In this document: positions 47,721-62,128 of the stretch, one piece after another
Layout: the number at the start of each line of letters is the position of its first letter
How positions within the stretch are numbered: the first letter of the stretch is position 1
Source of the DNA: Mobula hypostoma
Lineage: Eukaryota
Length of the DNA: 64,000 nt
Assembly: GCF_963921235.1 (NCBI RefSeq)
Contig: NC_086097.1
Coordinates: forward strand, 126,234,001-126,298,000
Direction of reading: 5' to 3'
Notes under the pieces: generated by a model
What the model was told of the DNA's origin: nothing
Database searches by the model: none
What the model saw: only the letters and a program-made list of their open reading frames with translations
Translations under genes and position numbers: made by a program

Positions 47721-49962
47721 ACAGATAGATAGAATCTTTATTGATCCCAAAGGAAATTACAGAGTCTCAGTAGCATTACAAGTCTGCAGATATACAAATA
47801 TTAGAAAAGAAGTAAGAAAGAATAAAAAAAAGTTACCTCAAGCAGTCTAACAGGAGGGGGGGGTCATCACTTCCCTGGCTATAAGTTAACTCATTATAGA
47901 GCCTAATGGCCGAGGATACGAATGACCTCTTTGGAGCAGTGCAGTTGTCTTAGTCTATTACTAAAAGTGCCCCTCTGTTCCACCAAGGTGGAATGCAGAG
48001 GGTGAGAAACATTGTCCAGAATATCCAGGATTTTCCATACAGTCCTTTGTTCTACCACAGTCTTCAGTGTGTCCAGTTTGACTCCTATAACAGAGTCAGC
48101 CTTTCTAATCAGTTTATTGAACCTGTTGGCATCACCTATGTCAATGCCATTGCCCCAGCACACAACCACATAGAAGATTGTACTGGCAACGACTGGTAGA
48201 ACATGTGAAGGAGAGGCCTGCCTACTCCAAAGCACTTCAGTCTCCTCAGGAAGTAGAGACGACTCTGGCCCTTCTTGTACACAGCCTCTGTGTTGGTGCT
48301 CCACTCATCTGTCATCCAGGTGCACCCCCAGGTACTTGTAGGTGCTCACCATCAGTGGTACCAGGGAACAATGCAGGCTTAGTCTTCCTTAAAGTCCATC
48401 ACCATCTCCTTTGTCTTACCGATGTTGAGCTGCAGATGATTCAGCTTGCACTATTTGACAAAGCCCTCCACCAGGGCCCTGCATTCATCCTCCCCATCCT
48501 CCCTTTATACACCCAACCATTGCTGAGTCATCAGCGAATTTCTGCAGAAGACATAACTCAGTGTTGTATCTTAAGGTCCAAGGTAAACAGGGTAAACAGG
48601 AAGGGAGCCAATACAGTCCGCTGTGGGACCCCAGTGCTATTTATAGCCATGTCTGACACACAGCTCTGCATGTCTGACACACAGCTCTGAAGCCGCACAA
48701 ACTGTGGTCTGCCAGTCAGGAAGTCCATTATCCAAGATACAATGGAAGTGCCAACCTGCACTGAATGAAGCTTTACCCAGCAATGAGGACTGTATGGTAG
48801 TGAAGACCCTTGAGAAATCAAAAAACATGATCCTCATAGTGCTGCCCTGCTTATCCAAATGGGAGTAGACTCTGTTCAGCAGGTAATGACAGCATCGTTG
48901 ACTCCAATGTGCTCCTGGTTGACAAACTGCAGGAGATCAAGGGCTGATCTAACCAGGGGATGGAGGTGAACCTGGACCAGCCTCTCTAGGGTTTTCATGA
49001 TGTGTGAGGTAAGGGACACTGGAGGGTAGTCATTCAAGAGTTTTGGTTGGCCCTTCTTGGGTATTGGGACTGTACATGATGTTTGCCACACAGTCGGGAC
49101 ACTTTCCAGGCTGAGACTCCAACTGAAAATGCACTGGAGAACTCCACACAGCTGCTCAGCACTCTCCTTCAAGACCTTGGGGTTCACACCATCCGGTCCC
49201 AATGCTTTGCCATGTCTGAGTTTCCCAGACCCTTCTCACCTGCTCAGTGGTGAAGGGAAGTCCATGATGACTGGGGAGTTGGTGGAAAGTGGGGGCTGGG
49301 GGGAGCGAAGGGTGAAGGTTGGGATGATAACAGTTGGTATGTGGAGGTGTGGTGGTAGGTGATGGGCAAGGAGGGGATGTAGACAGTGAGAACAACAGAG
49401 AGCCTCTGTTGTTCATCCACGTGTTGAACTGGAGGGGGGAGGAAGAGGAGGAGGGGAGGAGTTGGTGCTGAGGGAGCATTGGGTGCCTCGGCATCTGAAC
49501 CGGTGTACTGAGGGGGGTGTGAACAGGAGGGCAATTGTCAAACCTATTGAAGAATTGGTTTAACTCATTAGCCCATTCACAGCTGCATCCTGAGGCTCTA
49601 CAACTAGACTGGTTGAAGCCATTGATGTTCCTCATGCCTCTCCTCACATCCTGTGTGCTACTCTGCCCAAGCTCGTTCTCCAGCTCTCTCCTCTTTAGCC
49701 CCTTGATCTTCTCCTTTAGCACCCTCCACACATGTTTCAATTCCTCCGTCTCCTGATCTAAAGACTCTTTCTGTGGTTGAGAAGAGCCTTTAGATCACTG
49801 TTGGCCCATGGTTTGTTGTTAGGGAAGCAACGAACAGTCCTTCATGGTATTACAGTGTCCACACAAAAGTTGATGTAGCCAGCGATACAATCAGTAAGTC
49901 CGTTAAATGTCCGCACCATATGGTTCACAAAGCTCATTCCAGTCAGTAACCTCAAAGCAGCC
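47721..49962 (-). mobile_element. Rex1/Babar LINE, 5'-truncated and frameshifted
   Basis: ORFs 49156..49740, 48876..49202 (GPDGVNPKVLKE..SLTSHIMKTLERL), 48558..48821 and 47903..48304; (CTAT)n tail. A 21-bp tandem duplication lies at ~48649-48690. Confidence 0.87.
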
Positions 49963-51440
49963 CTGGCCAGTTAGCCTGACTTCAGTAGTTGTTAGCATGT
50001 TCAAATCCATTATTAAGGATGAGGTTTTGGGGTACTTGGAGGCACGTACTAAAATAGGTAAAGTCAGAATGGTTTTCTTCGAGGAAAATCTTGCCCGACA
50101 AATCTGATGGAAACAACAAATCTGAGGGAACAACAAGTAGGATAGATGAAGGAGAGTCCATGGATGTTGTTTACTTTGATTTTCAGAAGGCTTTTGTCAA
50201 CAGGAGAGATACTAACATGGATAGAAACTTGACTGCATGATTTCCTAAAGGTTACTTCTTCAAAACAAAAGTAACAATAAATGATTAACAACAGTTTGAA
50301 GTGTTATCATCATCTACTTTAACATTTTGAATATAGTCAGTAAATTTACAGAATTACATATTTACAATGGTAGCACATCCCAACTTTCAATCTTCAATGC
50401 AACGGATTCTGGTTAATTGGGCCATTCATTAATTGGGGTAGCTGCTTATTTAGGACAACTCTTAAAGAACAAAAACTAACTGAGAAAATAGCTGGTACTC
50501 CCTTTGTTTATGTTGGACACTATGCCGCTTAATTGGGACAGGAAACTGTTGCAGAACAGTTTCTAACTAGTGTTGGTCACATGCACTTGTGTGGCTGTTA
50601 GTATTCTTAAGGGAGGATGGGGCAACTGTGGCTGACAAGGGAAGTCAAGGACAGCATAAAAGAAAAGGAGAGAGCATATAATATTGGAAACATTAATGGG
50701 GAGTTAGAAGCCTGGAAAACTTTTAAAAACCAACAGAAGACAACAAAAAAAAATCAGTAAGGGGTTAAAAAATATGCAAGTACGCCAGGCAATAACACCA
50801 CAAGTTTTTTTTTCCAGATGTATTGAGAATTTGAAAAAAAGGCAAGAGTGGATATCAGACCACTGGAAAATAACACCGACAAAGAAATGGCGGATGAACT
50901 CAATAAGATTTTACTTCAGTCTTTACTATATAAGGCAGCACAATATGCCAGAAATTCGAGAGTGTCAGGGGGAGGAAGTAAGTCTAGACACTATTACTAA
51001 GGCAAAGGTGCTTGAGAAGCTGAAAGGTCTGAAGGTAGATAAGTCACCTGGACCAAATGGGCTACAACCCAGAGTTTCGAAAGAGTTCGTCAGTATGGAC
51101 TAGTTGGGCCCAAGGGCCTGTATCTTGTCGTATATATAAAAAAGTTCAGTTTATGTATATTTTCAAGGAGAAACAAGTCTCCTTTAATGTTGCCATATGC
51201 TCTTCAAGAAAAGCCCATTTTTGCAAGATAATGTGGCAATTCAAGAATATTGTTTTCAACTTTAAATCCACTGTTGAACCTTGTGCCCTCAGTCAATCAC
51301 CTGCCACAACATGAGAAATTCACAATTTTTTAAAATCAAAAGCACTTACTTCTATTTAGGAGAGTATAGCGACAGATACTGGTCACCTCTATAGCCATCC
51401 TCATAAAAAGACGGCAACTATGTCAAAATTTACAAGAATT

Positions 51441-52338
51441 TAGTCATAGTATAGTCATAGTCATAGTCATACTTTATTGATCCCGGGGGAAATTGGTTTT
51501 CGTTACAGTTGCACCATAAATAATTAAATAGTAATATGTAAATTATGCCAGGAAATAAGTCCAGGACCAGCCTATTGTCTCAGGGTGTCTGACCCTCCAA
51601 GGGAGGAGTTGTAAAGTTTGATGGCCACAGGCAGGAATGACTTCCTATGACGCTCTGTGTTGCATCTCGGTGGAATGAGTCTCTGGCTGAATGTACTCCT
51701 GTGCCCAATCAGTACACTATGTAGTGGATGGGAGACATTGTCCAAGATGGCATGCAACTTGGACAGCATCCTCTTTTCAGACACCACCGTCAGAGAGTCC
51801 AGTTCCATCCCCACAACATCACTGGCCTTACTAATGAGTTTGTTGATTCTGCTGGTGTCTGCTACCCTCAGCCTGCTGCCCCAGCATACAACAGCAAACA
51901 TGATAGCACTGGCCACCACAGACTCGTAGAACATCCTCAGCATCGTCCAACAGATGTTAAAGGAACTTAGTCTCCTCAGGAAATAGAGACGGCTCTGACC
52001 CTTCTTGTAGACAGCATCAGTGTTCTTTGACCAGTCCAGTTTATTGTCAATTCATATCCCCAGGTATTTGTAATCCTCCACCATGTCCACACTGACCCCC
52101 TGGATGGAAACAGGGGTCACCGGTGCCTTATCTCTCCTCAGGTCTACCACCAGCTCCTTAGTCTTTTTCACATTAAGCTGCAGATAATTCTGCTCACACC
52201 ATGTGACAAAGTTTCCTACCGTAGCCCTGTACGCAGCCTCATCTCCCTTGCTGATGCATCCAACTATAGCAGAGTCATCGGAAAACTTCTGAAGATGACA
52301 AGACTCTGTGCAGTAGTTGAAGTCCGAGGTGTAAATGG
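51441..52338 (-). mobile_element. Rex1/Babar LINE 3' end, young copy
   Basis: ORF 51572..51943; (CTATGA)n tail; close paralogue of 30292-31160. Confidence 0.87.
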
Positions 52339-52349
52339 TTCTGATACAG

Positions 52350-53255
52350 AGCTCTATAAGATTGTAACAAAGAGTAAATCATCCACTTGCTACCATACTT
52401 TTTAAGGACCCTTTTAATAGTGTTTTCAATACTTTTAGAAAATTTATTAACACATCCCTTGCAATGGGAGTTTTTCCAGATGCCTTCAAAACTGTGGCTG
52501 TCAAACCCCTACTTTAAAAAAAAACAAACCTTCATAGTGAAGTACTAGCAAAGTACTTGCTAACTACAAGCTTACATCAAAGCTTCCGTTCTGGGCAAGA
52601 CTCATGGGAATGCCGTTTTCAATCAACTCAACAACTCCCTGAAAAGTTTCAGTCAGGTTTTAGAGCAAACCACAGCACAGAGATGGCCCTTATCAAAATT
52701 GTCAGTAACCTTAGGCTAAACACTGATGTCAACAGGATCTCAGTTTTAATTCTCCTAGATCTAAGTCCTGCCTGCGACACAATTGACCACAACATTCTCC
52801 TAGATTGTCTTGAGTACTGGGTTGGCCTCTCTGCTCATGCCCATAATTGGTTTTGTCTGGAGGCCAATTTTCTAAGACATATAATGTACCTTTTGGTGTT
52901 GGTCGGAGAAGGCTTCTTGGTCCCCTACTCATAAACTTGACTTCCACAATTTTGCAGATGGCACACAATTGTAAGTCTCAGTTGAGCCTGATGATGATAA
53001 CACCCTATCTTCTCTGACTTCTGGTTTGGCTGCAATAATCAAATGAATGAGCAATAATTTCCTTAAATTAAATGAAGATAAAACTGAAATACTTTTGGTT
53101 GGTCCTGAAGACAAAGGTGATAAACTTAATAAATTTGCGAACTTGGCTCCATTGTAAAGTCAGAAGTAAGAAGCCTGGGTGTTATCCTTGATTCAGATTT
53201 GAATATTAAATCCCACATTAAGAAATTGACCAGAGCAACTTTTCTACACTTAAGA
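52350..53255 (+). mobile_element. L2-clade LINE RT fragment
   Basis: FQSGFRANHSTEMALIKI..LILLDLSPACDTIDHNILL; FADGTQL; LKLNEDKTEILL. Confidence 0.75.
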
Positions 53256-53746
53256 AGAGACGGTGGGCGGAGCTTAAGATGATGGCGCCTAAACGGCTAC
53301 TTGTTTACTTGCATCTTCGGAAACAGCTCGATGTCTATCTTTAATATTTCTTATTTTTCTTTTCAGAGTTCATTTGAAGACCCTGACCTGGAGTTACACG
53401 CTGACGTCAGTTCTTTGCAGAAATGGGACCCGCTCTCGGGGTCTCACAACCGGCTGCTTTTCGATATGCCAAGGACACGGCCTGGAAGTCTAGTGTGCCA
53501 TCAGGGTACCAGATTTTTGTGGCTCTGGAGGTAGGCAAACTCAAGGCCAGTGCCACTGCCTGATGCATCATGGGAGGTGGAAGATTGAAAGCAGCGAACT
53601 GGCTGCTGGCTGTTTACCCAGAGACCAGAGTTCTTTGGGCACAGAGCTTGGAAAAAGTGACGCAATAGCCTTTTAACATAAAATCAGCAAGTTGTTTTGC
53701 TATGCCTCCCCTCTCGCTGTGAAACAGGACAGCTCTTTTTCCCTTA

Positions 53747-53783
<37 letters not shown>

Positions 53784-54105
53784 ACCTGTGGTATGTCGAA
53801 TTACCAGATGAACGAGTAGTCTTTGTGGTACTGCATGTCTGTGTATTTATTGATGCTTTGCTGTGCTCTTGAGTGCTTGGTGGGGGGGTGCCGATGCTTT
53901 TTTGCTGGTGGAGGGGGGGATGGATCGTGCTTTGCTGCTGCTTATGCGTGGGAGGGGGGAGTTGGGGGGCTTTGGGGTTCTAACATTTAATTGTTGTTCA
54001 TTCTTTGGAGCACTCCTCTGTCTTTGTGGATGTCTGCAAAGAAAAAGAATTTCAGGATGTATATTGCAATCATTTCTCTGACATTAAATGTACCTATTGA
54101 AACCT
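53256..54105 (+). mobile_element. Unclassified non-coding retroposon-like repeat with internal (GA)n
   Basis: CpG-containing head (GGCGGAGC..ATGGCGCC), (GA)n at ~53750-53782, and a LINE-like 3' end (GAATTTCAGGATGTATATTG..ATTAAATG); it interrupts the L2. Confidence 0.4.
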
Positions 54106-54399
54106 AAACATTGTAAATGTATGTTCCTTTCTGCTGTGTATAAGAACAATGATTGTCCCCGTCATAGGACACGGCACGTAATGATGATGATGATGATGAT
54201 GAACACAGAGAACAGGCACTGATCAGAGCATCACCTCCTCTGGATTTGTTTCTACTTTGGTATGCGGGTGGTATCTTATCTTCCATCTACTCTGTATATC
54301 TGCAGATTATTCCCCAATACGCAATCTGGGGATGCACCTGATGGGGTGACAGAAACCCTCCCCATGGGTTATTATAATTATTATTACCATGTGGAATGG

Positions 54400-57300
54400 C
54401 CATAGTGTGAGCGGGACAGGATTAGAGTGGGGGACAAGGTGTGGCTCAAGAAGCTTTGGCGAGGAGAGGGAGGCTAAGGTAAGTTTCTGATAAGTTTATT
54501 CCTTTCTTGTTGCACAATCAGAGCAGTGGAATGCCTGACAGGACAGGGACTGCTTGTATTGAGTGATGTGAGAAGACAGGAAGACCTCCAGTATTCCTGT
54601 TGACTTTACCTGCAAGAATTGCATCCAGCTGCAACCTCTTATAGACTGCATTAGGGAACTGGAGCTGGATCATTCAGGAGGCTGAGGGATTGATGGACAG
54701 AAGATACAAGGAGGTAGTTACATGTAAAGCGCATGACATTGATAACTGGGTGCCCTTCTGAAGAGGGAAAGGGGATAAACAGCCAGTGCAGACTACCCCT
54801 GTGGCTATCACTCTCATGGGGGGGGCACGGTGTTGACCTAACAGAGAAAAGCCACTGCAGTCAGATCTTTGGCACAAAAAATTGGCTCTATGACTCTGAA
54901 AGGAAGGCAGAGAGAAGGGGAGCAATAGTGATAAAGGATTCATTTGGATAGGGAAACAGACAGGAGGTCAGGAGATTCCTAGATGCACTGTTGCCTCCCA
55001 GATGCCAGGTCAAGGACATCACAGCTAGAGTCTATAACAGTCTTAAGAGGGAGTGTGAGTACACAGAGGCTATGGTTCATTAAGGTACCAACGATATAGG
55101 CAGGAAGGGCAACGAGGTCCTGCAAAGTGAGTTGATGGAGTTAGGTCTAAGTTATAGCACAGGATCTCCAGGATTGTGATCTCAGGATTGCTACACATGT
55201 CTTGATGCTAGAAGTAGGAAAATCATACAGTTGAACACGAGGCTAAGGAGATGGTGCAGGAGGGAGGGCTACAGGGTTTTGGATGGTTGGGCTCTCTTCC
55301 AGGGAAGGGGGACCTGCACAGACAAGACAGATTGAACGTGAACTGGACGATGGGGTGGGGGGGGGTAATATCTTTGCAGGAAGGTTTGCGAGTGCTGCTC
55401 CATGGGGGGAGGGGGGTTAAACTAGATTTGCAAGGGGCTGAGAACCGGAGGTTCAGGGAAGATAATGGAGTGGTTATAGGGAAAGATAATGTTACGCCTA
55501 CAAAGACAGGAATCAAACTATTGAGCATGGTGGGAATAACGTTCTGAGTTGCATAAACATCAATGCAAGCAATATTGAAGGTAAGGTGGATAGATGAATT
55601 TAAAGCATGGATTAGCCTGTGACATTGTCATGTAGCCATCAGTGAAACTTGGTTGCTGGAGGGGCAGGACTGGCATTTCAATGTTCCAGGGTTGTGTTAT
55701 ATTAGACATGATAGAGGGGGAGTTATTAAACTGGGAGCGGTGGCATTACTAGTTAGGGATATTGTCATGGCAGTGCTCAGACAGGACAGTCAAGAGGGCT
55801 CATCTACTGAGACAACATGGGGGAATTGAATAAGAAAGAGATGACCATGTTAATGGGATTATATGGTAAACCACCCAATAGTCATCAGGAATTACAGGAG
55901 CAAATTTGAAGAGCAAACTTTCTGAGCAGAAAGTTGCAAGAAAAGTAAGGTTTCGACAGCAGGCAATTTTAACTTTTCACATATTGAATGGGATTCCCAT
56001 ACTGTAAAAGGACTGGATGGGAGGGAATTTGCCATATATGTTCAGGATAGTTTCTTTGATTAATATTTAGACACGCCATCTAGGGAGAGTGTAATTGTGG
56101 ACCTCCTCTTTGGGAATGAAACACATCAAGTAACAGAAGTGTGTGTAGGGGAACACTTTGGATTTAATCATCATATTTCCATTAGTTTTCAGATTGATAT
56201 TTACTTATCATTTGTACAGTACATTGAAGCATAGAGTGAAATGTGTCATTTGTGTTAACAACCACACGCCCAAGGATGTGCTGTGGACAGTCCGTGTCAC
56301 CACAATTCCAGTGCCAACACAGCATGCACACAAAGCTCAGCAGAAGAACACAGAACACAACAAAATGGAACGAAGCATCAAAACAACACCACTAAAACAG
56401 GTTCCCTCCCCTCTCCCGCAGACACGGACAATACTCCAACTCCAGCACAGAGATCCCAGGTCTCCAAACTAAACTAACTAAACATGACCTTGTGTATGGT
56501 AGGTCATGTTTCACTAATCCAAAGAGCTTTTTTTTTGAGGAGGTTACCAGGAAAGTTGATGCAAGAAAGGCAGTGGATGTTGTTCAGTCGAACGTCTTTG
56601 ACAAAGTCCCCGATAGGAGGCTGCTCAAGAAAGTTCAGTCATTTGGCATTCAGCATGAGGTAGTAAATTGGATTTGGTACTGGGTTTGAGGGAGAAGCCA
56701 GGGAGTGCTAGTAGATGGTTGCCTCTCTGACTGCAGGCCTGCGACTAGTGGTGTCCCACAGGTATTGGTGCTGGATCCATTATTGATTGTCATCTATATC
56801 GATCTATATGTTGATAATGAAGTAAACTGGATCAGCAAATCTGAGGATTACAGAGATTAGGGGTGCAGTGGACAGTGAAGAAAACTTGCAGAAGGATCAG
56901 GTCCAGAGGGAATTTTATGCAGACAAGTGTGAGGTGTTGCATTTTGGGAGAACAAACTGGGGTAGGGTGCACAGTGTATGAGAGGGCACTGAGGAGTGAA
57001 CAGAGATCTGGAATAGAGTTCCATTGTTTCTGGAAAGTGGTGTCACAGGTAGATGGGGTTGTAAAGAGAGCTTTCAGTGCATTGGGCTTCATAAATCAAA
57101 GTACTAAGTATAGGAGTTAAATTGTATAAGTCATTGGGTGAGGTCTAATTTGGTATATTGTTTGCAGTTCTGATCACCTACCCACAAGAAAGCCATCAAT
57201 AACACTGAAATTGTACAGTGAAAACGTACAAGCTGTTGCTGGAATTTGAGAACCTGTGTTATAGGAAAAGGTTGAGTAGATTAGGACTTTATTCTCTCGG

Positions 57301-57700
57301 GTGCAGAAGAACAAGGGGAGGTTTGATAGAGGTGTACAAAATTATGAGGGGCAGAGATGGGAATAATACAAGCAGGCTTTTTCCACTGAGGTGGGGAGAG
57401 ACTAGAACTAGAGGTCATAGGTTAAGGATGAAAGGTGAAATATCTAAGGGGAACCTGAGGGGGAACTTCTTCACTTAGAGCATGGTGAAAGTATGGAACA
57501 CACTACAATGGAACTGGTAGGTATGCGTTTGATAGCAATATTTATGAGGAGTTTGGATAAGTACAAGGATGGGAGGGATATGGAAGGCTATGGTCCACAT
57601 GCAAGTTGATGGGACTAGGGAGAATAATAGTCAGGCATGGACAAGGTGGGCCCAAGGGCCTGTTTTCCTTGTGGTAGTCCTCTGTGACTCTATTACTCTA
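54400..57700 (+). mobile_element. Decayed near-full-length CR1 LINE (ORF1, endonuclease, deleted RT) with a nested SINE at ~56195-56480
   Basis: ORF1 esterase remnants, endonuclease remnants, EEVTRKVD..FDKVP, and LYSLGCRRTRGGLIEVYKIMRG..RTRGHRL. Confidence 0.75.
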
Positions 57701-59770
57701 TACAGCTACGAAATGTCTGGTAGTAGCCAGATTTGGGAATTAGACTGGTTAAGGAATGAAGTTTGATGGCAAGATCTAAAATAATAAATAAGGGAGAGGT
57801 TGTAAGTACGAATTCAAAAATAATGAGGAAAAACATGCTTCTTGGCATAGAGGGGAAAATTCTATGTAGAAACATAGAAAACATACAGCACAATACAGGC
57901 CCTTCGGCACACAAAGCTCCATGTACCCATCCAAGAGTCTCTTAAAAGACCCTATTGTTTCCGCCTCCGGCAGCCCATTCCATGTACTCACCACTCTCTG
58001 CATAAAAACTTACACCTGACATCTCCTCTGTACCTATTTCCAAGCACCTTAAAACTATGCCCTCTCATGCTAGCCATTTCAGCCCTGGGGAGAAGCCTCT
58101 GACTATCCACACAATCAATGCCTCTCATTATCTTGTACACCTCTATCAGGTCACCTCTCATTCTCTGTCGCTCCAAAGAGAAAAGGCCGAGTTTACTCAA
58201 ACTATTCTCATGAGGCATGCTCCCCAATCCAGGCAACATCCTCATAAATCTCCTCTGCACCCTTTCTATGGTTTCCACATCGTTCCTGTAGTGAGGCGAC
58301 AAGAATTAAGCACAGTACTCCAAGTCGGGTCTGACCAAGGTCTTATATAGCTGCAACATTACCTCTCGGCTCTTAAACTCAATCCCACGATGGATGAAGG
58401 CCAATGCACCGTATGTCTTTTTAACCACATAGTCAACCTGCGCAGCAGCTTTGAGTGTCCTATAGACTCGGACCCCAAGATCCCTCGGATCCTCACACTG
58501 CCAAGAGTCTTACCATTAATGCTATATTCTGCCATCATATTTGACCTATCAAAATGAACCACCTCACACTTATCTGGGCTGAACTCCATCTGCCACTTCT
58601 CAGCCCAGTTTTGCATCCTATCAATGTCCCATTGTAACCTCTGACAGCCCTCCACACTATCCACAACACCCCCAACATTTGTGTCATCAGCAAATTTACT
58701 AACCCATCCCTCCACTTCCTCATCCAGGTCATTTATAAAAATCACAGAGTTGGGGTCCCAGAACAGATCCCTGAGGCACACCACTGGTCACCGGTCTCCA
58801 TACAGAATATGACCAGTCCACAACCACTCTTTGCCTTCTGTGGGCAAGCCAATTCTGGATCCACAAAGCAATGTCCCCTTGGATCCCATGCCTCCTTACT
58901 TTCTCAATAAGCCTTGCTCAAATCCATAAACACTACATCTATGGCTCTACCTTCATCAATGTGTTTAGTCACATCCTCAAAAAGTTCAGTCAGGCTCTTA
59001 AGGCACAACCTGCCTTTGACAAAGCTATGCTGACTACACCTAATCATATTATGCCTCTCCAAATGTTCATAATTCCTGCCTCTCAGGATCTTCTCCATCA
59101 ACTTACCAACCACTGAAGTAAGACTCACTGGCCTATAATTTCCTGGGCTATCCCTACTCCCTTTCTTGAATAAGGGAACAACATCCACAACCCTCCAATC
59201 CTCCGGAACCTCTCCCATCCTCATTGATGATGCAAAGATCATTGCCAGAGGCTCAGCTATCTACTTCCTCGCTTCCCACAGTAGCCTGGGATACATCCCA
59301 TCCAGTCCCAGTGACTTGCCCAACTTGATGCTTTCTAAAAGCTCCAGCACATCCTCTTCCTTAATATCTGCTTGCTCAAGCTTTTCAGTCCACTGCAAGT
59401 CATCCCTACAACCGCCAAGATGCTTTTCCATAGTGAATAGTGAAGCAAAGTATTCATTAAGTACCTCTGCTATTTCCTCCGGTTTCATACACACTTCCCC
59501 ACTGTCACACTTGATTGGTCCTATTCTCTCACGTCTTATCCACTTGCTCCTCACATACGTGTAGAATGCCTTGGGGTTTTCCTTAATCCTGTCTGCCAAG
59601 GCCTTCTCATGGCCCCTTCTGGCTCTCCTAATTTCATTCTTAAACTCCTTCCTGCTAGCCTTATAATCTTCTAGGTTCCTATCATTACCTAGTTTTTTGA
59701 ACCTTTCGTAAGCTCTTTTTTCTCCTTGACTAGATTTACAACAGCCTTTGTACACCATGGATCTTGTACG

Positions 59771-60469
59771 TGTAAGGGGGTTTTGTCTTTTATGTTACTG
59801 CGTAGGCTAATTAAAATGGCTTCTTTGTTATGTTATACTTGGAAATGCTTCTTTGTTATGTTAAACGCTGAGAAAGTTCTTGCGCTAGCAGCTTGTTTTG
59901 GGTTAGAGTGTGATAAGAGTATGTTACGAACCAATTGGGATAGTTGTTATGCTTTTGGTGTATTTGAAGATACTGTATGCGTGGGGTTTTGGGGGAGAAG
60001 GCGGAAGAGAGAGACAGAGGATGGACCAGGTGCTGTGAGTCTGCTAATGGGGTCGGACCCCGAGCGGGGCGTTCGGCGAGGAGAGGAGACTGAGACGGAC
60101 TCATGTGGAGCGTCTGGTCGACCACCATTGTCGGTTCCAGGCGGTCGGTCGAGGTGGTCCAAGGGGTCGCAGGGTGAAGAAGAAGGGTCCTGAGCTCCAA
60201 CTGTTTGTGCACGAAGAGATTGAACTTTGATAAGTGTGGTGCCTTTTATTTTCCTTTTATATTTTATTCTCTATTAATTATATAGTTCCAGTAATATCTA
60301 TAAACCGTAAATCATTTAATCGTATCTGGTGTATTGTCTGTTATTTTGGCGGGGTGGGGTACATCACACAGCATCCACACAAACTGATTACCCAGTTTGA
60401 TGGGGCCGAGGGCTGTTTTCCTAGACGACAGCGAGCCGAGCAACCCTGAGGCTGGCCAAGGGGGCTACA
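59771..60469. mobile_element. Solo LTR (699 bp)
   Basis: Starts TGTA and ends TACA; 4-bp flanks TACG/TATG (one CpG-type change); the CR1 host sequence is continuous once the insert is removed. Confidence 0.82.
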
Positions 60470-61644
60470 TATGCTACCATCCTTTCCATGTCTCATTGGA
60501 TCGTACGTACTTAGAACCCCACGCAAATATGCCCTGAACATTTGCCAACTTTCTTCCGTACGTTTCCCCGAGAACACCTGTTTCCAACTTATGCTTCCAA
60601 GTTCCTGCCTGATAAGCCTCATATTTCCCCTTACTCCAATTAAATGTTTCCCTAACTTCTCTGTTCCTATCCCTCTGCACTGCTCTGGTAAAGGATATAG
60701 AATTGTGATCACTTTCTCCAAAATGCTCTCCCACTGAGAGCCCTTACACCTGACCAGGTTCATTTCCCAATACCAGATCAAGTTCTCTTGTAGACTTATC
60801 TACATATTTTGTCAAGAAACCTTCCTGAACACACCCAACAAACTCTACCCCATCTAAACCCCTCACTCTAGGGAGATGCCAATCAATATTTGGGAAATTA
60901 AAATCTCCCACAACAACCCTGTTACTATTACTCCTTTCCAGAATCTGTCTCCCTATCTGCTCCTCAATGTCACTGTTACTATTGGGTGGTCTATAAAAAA
61001 CACCCAGTAGAGTTATTGACCCCTTCCTATTCCTAACTTCCACCCACAGATACTCCGTAGACAATCCCTCCATGACTTCCTCCTTTTTTGCAGCTGTGAC
61101 ACTATCTCTGATCAACAGTGTCATGCCTCCACCTCTTTTGCCCCCCCCCCATCCTTTCTGAAACATCTAAAGCCTGGCACTTGAAATAGCTATTCCTGCC
61201 CCTGCACCATCCAAGTCTCTGTAATGGCCACAACATCATATCTCCAAATGCTGATTCACGCTCTAAGCTCATCCACTTTATTCATGATACTCCTCACATT
61301 AAAATAGGCACATCTCAACCCATCAGACTGATCACGTCCCTTCTCTATCACCTGCCTATCCTCCCTTTGGCACTGTCTCCAAATTTTCTCTATTTGTGAG
61401 CCAACCTCCATTTCCTCTGTCACTTCAGTTGGGTTCCTACCTCCCAGCAATTCTAGTTTAAACTCTCCCCAATAGTCTTAGCAAACCTTCCCGCCAGGAC
61501 ATTGGTCCCCCTCGAATTCAAGTGCAACCCGTCCTTTTTGTACAGATCACACCTGCCCCAGAAGAGGTCCCAATGATCCAGAAATCTGAATCCCTGCCCC
61601 CTGCTCCAATCCCTCAGCCACACATTTATCCTCCACCTCATTCT

Positions 61645-62128
61645 TTCTTTTTTCAATCTTTTTATTGATTTTTTTTTAAAAAGTGTATACAAATAAGAGG
61701 AGAATATCTCTGGTATATATGTCAGTAACAGTACATATAGAAGGTAAAATAAACAATATCAGAATCACACTTAGTGTTGATCTACAAAGTATAAGTTTGG
61801 TATAGAATGTATAATACAGAAAAAAGAATGTACAAACGTTTGTAATTCATTCTCCTCTTACCAATTTATGAAGAAAAGAAGAACTGTTAGAAATTTTTAT
61901 ATATAAAAAAACACTATTCTAAACAGAAAAAAAAGGACTGGGCAATCCATCCTGAGAGAAAAATCAAGAGAAGAGACACTCTCTGATCAAATCCAAGGTT
62001 CTGAAAAAATAGCTGGAAGAGAATCAGTACAAAAATCAGATCATATGAAAATATTGAATAAAAGGTCGCCAGATTTCTTCAAATTTAAAGGATGTATCCA
62101 ATGTCCGACTTCTTATTTTCTCTAGACT
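61645..62128 (-). mobile_element. L1-clade LINE 3' end (same family as 14591-15095)
   Basis: Minus strand encodes SLEKIRSRTLDTSFKFEEIWRPFIQYFHMI*; AATAAA and A-rich tail; 10-bp TSD ACCTCATTCT at 61635-61644 and 62129-62138. Confidence 0.82.
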
